DNA of 64,000 nt. It comes from Verrucomicrobiota bacterium. Lineage in GTDB: Bacteria; Verrucomicrobiota; Verrucomicrobiia; Limisphaerales; AAA164-E04. A model generated the notes under the pieces. It worked only from the letters and a program-made list of their open reading frames with translations. It made no database searches and was not told the origin of the DNA. Where the stretch lies: contig CP170459.1 of the NCBI GenBank assembly GCA_047947115.1, positions 1,408,001 to 1,472,000 of the forward strand, written 5' to 3'. Of this stretch, positions 57,860 to 64,000 are shown piece after piece (position 1 is the stretch's first letter; every line of letters starts with the position of its first letter). The translations under genes were made by a program, and so were the position numbers.

Positions 57860-59005
57860 ATGCTTCGATTGATCCTCAGGGAATTACTTTTTAGAAAAGG
57901 GCATGCTTTCCTCATGCTCAGCGGGTTGGTGTCGGTTTCCGCTTTGGCGACCGCCTATTTCACGACTGAAACGGCCGCGGCCAGGGAGACAACCCGGGTG
58001 GCCCGTGATCTCGGGTTCAACTTGCGCATCCTTCCCAAGGAAACGGATATGGACGCCTACTGGTTTCAGGGGTTTTCCGATCACACCTTGCCCGAAGAAT
58101 CTGTCAACAAACTCGCCAATGCCGACGGGGTGTTCATGACCTTCAATCACCTGATGGCTTCCCTGCGGCAGAAAATCATGATCCAAGGTCGTGAAGTGGT
58201 GTTGGTGGGGGTGGCTCCCACGGTAACATCTCCCGACAAAAAGAAGCGTCCGATGGGATTTTCCATCGACCCCGGCAAGCTCCATGTCGGGTATCAGATC
58301 GGGGTCCGACTTGGTTTGAAGGCTGGGGATACGCTGAACATTTCGGGTCAGGATTTCGAAGTGGAAAGGGTGATGGTTGAGTATGGAACCGAAGAGGACA
58401 TTTATGTGTACGGTTCCTTGAAGGATGTCCAAACCTTGACCGACAAGGAGGGCCGGATCAACGAGATTAAAGCTATCGACTGTTTGTGTCTGACATCGGA
58501 TCAGGATCCCGCGAGTATTCTGCGCGCAGAATTGGAAAAGATGCTTCCCGACGCCAAAGTGATTCAGGATCGTGTGCAGGCCGATGCTCGAGCTCGGCAA
58601 CGACAGATGGTGCAGAAGAAATTTGCCTTTCTGAGTCCGTTTCTAATGACGGTGGGAGCTGTGTGGGTTGCCGTGCTGTCGGTTTTGAATGTAAGGGAAC
58701 GGCGGTCAGAAATCGGTGTGTGGCGCGCCCTGGGCAAGGGGGGGGTGACCTTGGGGGGGATGTTTCTTGGGAAAGCCATTCTGCTGGGTTTGCTGGGGGG
58801 ATTTATTGGTTTTTGGATCGGCAATGCGTTGGCTTTGAGCGTGGGTCCCGGCATTTTTCAAGTCACGGCAAAAGCCATTCAAACCGAGTGGTCCTATCTG
58901 GTTTGGTCGGTTATCGCTACTCCCGTTCTGGCTGCGGCAGCGGCTTTCATTCCTGCCATGATGGCCGTGGTGCAGGATCCGGCCGACACACTTAGAGAAT
59001 CCTAA
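57860..59005 (+). CDS. MacB/FtsX-like ABC transporter permease
   Basis: 1+3 TM topology, NVRERRSEIGVWRALG, DPADTLRE; periplasmic IDCLC. Confidence 0.88.
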   Translation: MLRLILRELLFRKGHAFLMLSGLVSVSALATAYFTTETAAARETTRVARDLGFNLRILPKETDMDAYWFQGFSDHTLPEESVNKLANADGVFMTFNHLMASLRQKIMIQGREVVLVGVAPTVTSPDKKKRPMGFSIDPGKLHVGYQIGVRLGLKAGDTLNISGQDFEVERVMVEYGTEEDIYVYGSLKDVQTLTDKEGRINEIKAIDCLCLTSDQDPASILRAELEKMLPDAKVIQDRVQADARARQRQMVQKKFAFLSPFLMTVGAVWVAVLSVLNVRERRSEIGVWRALGKGGVTLGGMFLGKAILLGLLGGFIGFWIGNALALSVGPGIFQVTAKAIQTEWSYLVWSVIATPVLAAAAAFIPAMMAVVQDPADTLRES

Positions 59006-59010
59006 TAGTC

Positions 59011-59703
59011 ATGCTGATTTGTGAATCATTGAGTAAGCATTATCGTTCTTCGAAGGGAACGGTTCGCAGTTTGGATCAGGTCGATCTCAAGGTGGATCGT
59101 GGTGAATTTTTGGTCATCAGGGGACACAGCGGCAGTGGCAAGACCACCTTGCTGCTGACCTTGGGCGCCATGTTGCATCCTACCGGGGGGAAGGTGGTGT
59201 TTGATGGGAAACATCTTTATGATCTGCCGCAAACCGAACGTGCCCGGATCAGGGCCCGATCGATCGGTTTTGTTTTTCAAATGTTTCACCTCATCCCCTA
59301 TCTGAGTGTGGTGGACAACGCGCTCACCGCGGTCGAAAAGCCTTCGGATCTGGAATCCATGCAACGTGCCAAAACCCTGCTGGGCGAATTGGGTCTGGGG
59401 GATCGCCTGGAACATTTTCCACATCAGCTCAGCGCGGGTGAAAAACAGCGGGCGGCATTGGCCCGGGCAATGATGCCGAATCCGGATCTGATCCTGGCGG
59501 ATGAACCGACCGGCAACCTGGATCCAGAGAACGCCGTCGAGGTGTGTCGTCATTTAAAGCAATTCCAGGAGCAGGGGGGCACCGTGGTCTTTGTCACCCA
59601 TGGTGACGCGGCGGCGGCGTTTGCCAGCCGTACCATCACGCTTAAAAACGGAAAATTACTTTCCAATTCCGATGTTTCACCTGATGCTGCTCCAAACTCA
59701 TAA
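59011..59703 (+). CDS. ABC transporter ATP-binding protein (LolD/MacB type)
   Basis: GHSGSGKTT, IGFVFQMFHL, LSAGEKQR, ADEPTGNLD, VTH. Confidence 0.93.
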   Translation: MLICESLSKHYRSSKGTVRSLDQVDLKVDRGEFLVIRGHSGSGKTTLLLTLGAMLHPTGGKVVFDGKHLYDLPQTERARIRARSIGFVFQMFHLIPYLSVVDNALTAVEKPSDLESMQRAKTLLGELGLGDRLEHFPHQLSAGEKQRAALARAMMPNPDLILADEPTGNLDPENAVEVCRHLKQFQEQGGTVVFVTHGDAAAAFASRTITLKNGKLLSNSDVSPDAAPNS

Positions 59704-59745
59704 CTTAAAAATAAATGACCGGATGAACCGGGCTCCTTATTCACG

Positions 59746-61176
59746 ATGAACATTCATTCGATATTTCGAGATACTTCCTTGGCTTTGTTTTGTACCCTTT
59801 TGTCCGGCAGCCTCCTGACAGCGTCGGCCGCCACCGGGGATTGGCCAACCTACCGGGGGGACAATGCACGGAGCGGCATTCAGGAACATACCCTTCAGCC
59901 TCCCTTGGAGCTTGCATGGGTGTTCAAGCCCAAACAAGCGCCCCGCCCAGCCTGGCAGGGGGAGGCGAAATGGGATGGCTGGAACAAGGTGTATGACCTG
60001 AAGAATCGTCAGGATTTTGATCATGCCTTCCATCTGGTCGGAGCGGGGGATGCAGTTTATTTCGGGTCTTCCTCCGAGGACAAAGTGTTTTGTCTGAATG
60101 CAGACGACGGCAAGGTGCGATGGGTTTTCTATACTGAAGGGCCGGTTCGTTTGGCTCCGACCTTGCATGAGGGGTTTCTGTATGCCGGATCGGATGACGG
60201 GTTTATTTACAAACTGCGAGCATCCGATGGCGAGCTGGTGTGGAAAGTCCGGCCGGGGCCGCGTGATTACCGGATACCGGGCAATGGGCGTTTGATTTCC
60301 GCCTGGCCGGCCCGAACAGGGGTGGTCATTCAGGATGGTGTCGCTTTTGCCGGTGTGGGCATGTTTCCTTCGGAGGGGGTGTTTGTTTGTTCCATTGATA
60401 TTGAGACAGGGAATGTATTGTGGAAAACGGAACAAACCGATTTGCCAGCTCAGGGGTACCTGGTGTCTTCATCCACCCGCTTGTATGTGCCTACCGGCAG
60501 GAACAATCCGGTGGTTCTGGATATTGCCAACGGCAAGCGCGAACGCGTACTGGAGGGGCAGGGAGGAAGTTATGCCCTGTTGACGGATGATGCGCTGGTG
60601 TTCGGTCCGGGAAAGACCGGGGAACTGCGCATGGTGGAGGATGGGTCCAAGGACCAACTGGCGACCTTTCAGGGGAATCACATGATTGTCTATCGCGGTC
60701 GTTCCTATTTGCATTCCGACACCGATTTGCAGGCTATCGATCGTCATCGTTACATGGAGCTGGCTACCAAGCGTCGTGATTTATACCAGTTCCGCAACCA
60801 GCTCAATGATCGACTTAAAAAACTGCAGGCGGACAAAGATACCGATCATCAGAGCGATATGGAATCCATCCGCAAGGACCTCGTTTCATTGGCGAAGGAT
60901 CTTGACGGGATTACCGAAGAGATGAAGGAATGTCTGTTGTGGAAGCAGCCCTGTGATTATCCATTTAGCCTGGTTCTTTCCGGCGATGTTTTGTTCACAG
61001 GTGGCCGCAACCGCGTTGGGGCGTTCGATGCCCAGTCCGGCAAGTTGTTGTGGAACGGAGCTGTGCAGGGCAGAGCGCTGGGGCTTGCCTCCATTCAGGC
61101 ACACTTCTACGTCAGTACCGATTTGGGGTTGGTCTATGCCTTTAAAGCAGCTCCGCAACAGGCTTCCCTTCGTTGA
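59746..61176 (+). CDS. Secreted PQQ-like (BamB-type) beta-propeller protein with a coiled-coil insert
   Basis: DWPTYRGDNARSG; repeated GSxD...L.A.DG..W units; helical insert RRDLYQ...ITEEMKE. Confidence 0.85.
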   Translation: MNIHSIFRDTSLALFCTLLSGSLLTASAATGDWPTYRGDNARSGIQEHTLQPPLELAWVFKPKQAPRPAWQGEAKWDGWNKVYDLKNRQDFDHAFHLVGAGDAVYFGSSSEDKVFCLNADDGKVRWVFYTEGPVRLAPTLHEGFLYAGSDDGFIYKLRASDGELVWKVRPGPRDYRIPGNGRLISAWPARTGVVIQDGVAFAGVGMFPSEGVFVCSIDIETGNVLWKTEQTDLPAQGYLVSSSTRLYVPTGRNNPVVLDIANGKRERVLEGQGGSYALLTDDALVFGPGKTGELRMVEDGSKDQLATFQGNHMIVYRGRSYLHSDTDLQAIDRHRYMELATKRRDLYQFRNQLNDRLKKLQADKDTDHQSDMESIRKDLVSLAKDLDGITEEMKECLLWKQPCDYPFSLVLSGDVLFTGGRNRVGAFDAQSGKLLWNGAVQGRALGLASIQAHFYVSTDLGLVYAFKAAPQQASLR

Positions 61177-61184
61177 TCATTCGT

Positions 61185-62534
61185 TCAGAGTTTATTCGGA
61201 GATTCTTGGATGCAATAAAGCTTGTTGAGCGTTCGGATATAAAGTCTGCCATGAGCCATGGCGGGTGTTGCCATGCACATTTCGTTGAGAGAATTGGTGT
61301 GCGATATTTCAAATTGATCGCCCGCCTTGATCACATAAGTGTCCCCATCTTCGCTCAGACAGAAAATATGGTCCCGGTACGCCCAGGGTGAGGCGGTGAA
61401 GCCGGTGCGGCCTCTTGGGTTGAATCGTTGTTTTTCGTATATCTCCGCTCCGGTTGTCGCGTTGCGACAACTGAAAAAACCAAAATCCCACAACACAAAA
61501 AAGCGGTTTTGATAAAGGATGGGTGATGGGTTGTAGGGGGAGGATTCAGGTTGCATCCAGGCAATATGGGCGTTTGAAAACAAACCCTCTTCGAGTGAAA
61601 TATCCCCTGAAGCTCCCGGTGTGACCACATACACCGGTTTGTTGGGGTGTTCCTTGTCTCCGACATAACCGGCCGCCAGAAACAGCCGGTCGCCATCCGC
61701 AAAAGGGGTGGGAATGCAGATGGTGGACATCCCTTTTAAGGTCCACAATTCTTTTCCACTCAAATCGTAGGAGCGGGTTTTGTTCACGCCGGTTGTGATG
61801 ATCTCCGTGCGCTGGCTGTTATGCCAGACATAGGGTGTTGAAAAGTTCGAGGGTTCGTTGCGTGCAATCTTCCATAACTCTTTTCCAGTTTTTTTGTCGT
61901 AGGCCGCCATCCAGGAGTCTTCCATGTTGTCGTTCACGATGATCACGGTGCCTTCATGGAGAATAGGCGAACTTGAGGTGCCCCAGCCATAGCGCGTTTT
62001 TCGGGGATCCCATTCGTGCTTCCAGACTACCGTTCCCTTCATATCCAGACAATAGAGCCCCATGTAGCCGAAATAGACATAGACGTGTTCACCGTCGGTT
62101 GTGGGTGTTTCCGAAGCGTAGGTGTTTTTGACATGAATGCTGGAATTGGGCGGAGCCTGGTGCAGTGTGGTTTCCCATGCCGTTTTTCCGGTGTCGGTGT
62201 CGATGGCCATGACATTCCAGTGTTGATTCTCTTTGGATGGCTCCGGTCTTTCTCCGCCGAAATAGAGTCCTTTTTTGGGTTCTTCCACTTCGCCTTCACT
62301 CATGACGGTGACCATGAACACAAGCTTGTCCCAGACGATGGGCGATGCCCATCCTCTGCCCGGAATGGAGCGGCTCCAGGCCACGTTTTCCGTTTCGCTC
62401 CATCGCATGGGAAGTGTTTCATCGGTTCCGATGCCACGCGAATCGGCGCCTCTGAAAGCTGGCCAGTTTTGTTGAGCGGAAAGGCTGAATGCGAAAGCGA
62501 CGATCAGCATGATGCTATGTAGTGAGCGATGCAT
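61185..62534 (-). CDS. Secreted PQQ-like beta-propeller protein
   Basis: NWPAFRG, GWASPIVW, SSSPIL, ATPAMAHGRLYIRT. Confidence 0.85.
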   Translation of the reverse strand: MHRSLHSIMLIVAFAFSLSAQQNWPAFRGADSRGIGTDETLPMRWSETENVAWSRSIPGRGWASPIVWDKLVFMVTVMSEGEVEEPKKGLYFGGERPEPSKENQHWNVMAIDTDTGKTAWETTLHQAPPNSSIHVKNTYASETPTTDGEHVYVYFGYMGLYCLDMKGTVVWKHEWDPRKTRYGWGTSSSPILHEGTVIIVNDNMEDSWMAAYDKKTGKELWKIARNEPSNFSTPYVWHNSQRTEIITTGVNKTRSYDLSGKELWTLKGMSTICIPTPFADGDRLFLAAGYVGDKEHPNKPVYVVTPGASGDISLEEGLFSNAHIAWMQPESSPYNPSPILYQNRFFVLWDFGFFSCRNATTGAEIYEKQRFNPRGRTGFTASPWAYRDHIFCLSEDGDTYVIKAGDQFEISHTNSLNEMCMATPAMAHGRLYIRTLNKLYCIQESPNKL

Positions 62535-62703
62535 GAAGATATGGCAGCATGAATGGTTCTCCAATTCAAACCTATTGTGCATCGGCTTTGGACGTGCCGA
62601 TACAGTTCCTCCTTCTTGAAAAACGTTGATTCCAAAAGGTATTTAGGGCATGAAGTGTCGTTCTGCTCCGCTTAACGACGATTCTGAGTTAAACCAGAAC
62701 CGA

Positions 62704-64000
62704 ATGAAACCCGACAAAAACCAACTTAGGAGTTAGTTTGGGCGCATTGATCATCATCTTTTTCCTTGTTGCGAGCGCTTTCCTGGCGGGAAGTTTTCGT
62801 AAACTCCATCAGCGATATCAGGACGCCTTTGCTCGTGAGATGTGACACGTTTTTCTGGCGGAAACGCTTTCATTCTTGGTAATCCTCTTCCTGGCAACGA
62901 AATGGCCCGTCCTCTACATTTCACTGGGTATACTGAACATCATCAAAGGCCCCTTTTACTGGAATACTTTTCGTGCCATTCATGGAGATCCTCCGGTTCG
63001 AGGGTGGGCATTGAAATTGGCCATCGCTTATTTTGTATTCAGTCTTGGATGCAATTGGTTGATTCCGTCTGATAACAATTTTCTGTTTTACTCGACCAGT
63101 GCCTGGTTTCTGGTGGTGCATATACCAGCGGTTGAATGTTTTAGGAGACGTGCGAAGATCCATGCAGTCAGTCCGATGTTCATGTTTGGCTTCATGCTTT
63201 TTTCCAAAGTGGCGTTTCTTTTTACCATTACTTTTGTTATCTATAATGAGGAATGGGGCGGGGTCTTCTTTTGCCTGTACTGCATGGCAAATCTTTCACT
63301 GGGGGCCGTCGGATTCATGGTGGCATTGGGAAGAGCCAGGGAAGAGTATGAATCCAGGTTGCTTCAAGCCAAATCTGATTCCGATGACCTGAATCTCCAG
63401 CTGATATCCGCATTGGATAGAGCTAAAATTGCGGGACGAGCCAAGGATGAGTTCCTGGGAATCATGAGCCATGAATTAAGGACTCCCATCAGCGGTATCA
63501 TCGGAATGGCCTCCGTGCTCAAATCCAGTCCACTGAATGATGAACAACAGGAATTCGCCTGGGCCATCGAGGATAGTGGTAAAGATTTGTTGTTACTGGT
63601 GGAGCAAATTCTTGATTTTTCCAGGTACGAGTCGGGACAGATTCCTGTGGAGGAGAATCCTTTCTCTGTAATCAGGTTCATGGACCACGTCCTGGAGCTC
63701 TTGGGGGGACAGTCCAATCGCAAAGGGATTGAGTTGCTGGTTTCCATGCATTCAAACGTTCCGAATATGGTCGTGGGAGATGAGGGGAAACTGCGGCAAG
63801 TAATCATCAACCTCCTCAACAATGCGATCAAATTCACTGACAAAGGACATGTGTCGGTGTCCTTGAAAGTTGTTTCAGGCCCCAATGTTCAAACCGGCAA
63901 GCGATTGCAATGCCAAGTGAAAGACACCGGCCCAGGCATTGCTGCTGAAGACATGGGGCGGTTGTTCACACCTTTCTTTCAGGCGGATACTTCTTCTACT
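62704..64000 (+). pseudogene. Membrane sensor histidine kinase with a damaged 5' end (partial, runs off window)
   Basis: Not in the ORF track. MSHELRTP, NLLNNAIKFT, DTGPGI, LFTPFFQAD. In-frame TGA at 62843-62845 inside the TM region; ATG 62704 is out of frame by one base at an A5 run. Confidence 0.75.

Noticed and set aside
62577..62603. Sigma-28 promoter upstream of the kinase (GCCGATAC)
   Set aside because: No acceptable -35 element at 15-nt spacing (GTGC).

Overview
A 64-kb bacterial chromosomal window of moderate GC. The gene repertoire (sulfatase, PQQ-type propellers, Tat-exported enolase-fold protein, surface protein with a short C-terminal beta-module) suggests the PVC superphylum, most likely Verrucomicrobiota; this is an inference. 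Intact housekeeping blocks: folB, bioF-bioA, mreBCD-mrdA-rodA-rne/rng, fmt, rpmE-prfA, proC, speA, rsmD-cbiX-tyrA-aroA-cmk-plsC, and a uronate/pectin block (CE12 esterase, TRAP transporter, uxaC). Accessory DNA shows active decay: a collapsed chemotaxis cluster (cheA/R/D/B/W fragments plus HDOD, with two sigma-28-like promoters left), WD40, GH28-like, Sel1/beta-carbonic anhydrase and histidine-kinase pseudogenes, and an IS1380 element with IRs and a TTAG duplication that splits a small gene. Five REP/MITE-like paired-hairpin elements of three types lie in intergenic gaps. Best leads: (i) an unannotated ~230-nt structured, terminator-ended RNA candidate between fmt and rpmE with seven CUGA motifs; (ii) a HAD-Nudix fusion translationally coupled to folB that could supply both dephosphorylation steps of pterin synthesis; (iii) a ThiF/HesA + Cys-motif anchored protein + MacB-type ABC + beta-propeller operon of unknown function; (iv) a 4x-repeat surface protein with a putative sorting domain. 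No rRNA, tRNA or CRISPR array was recognised. All alignments and folds were done by eye.
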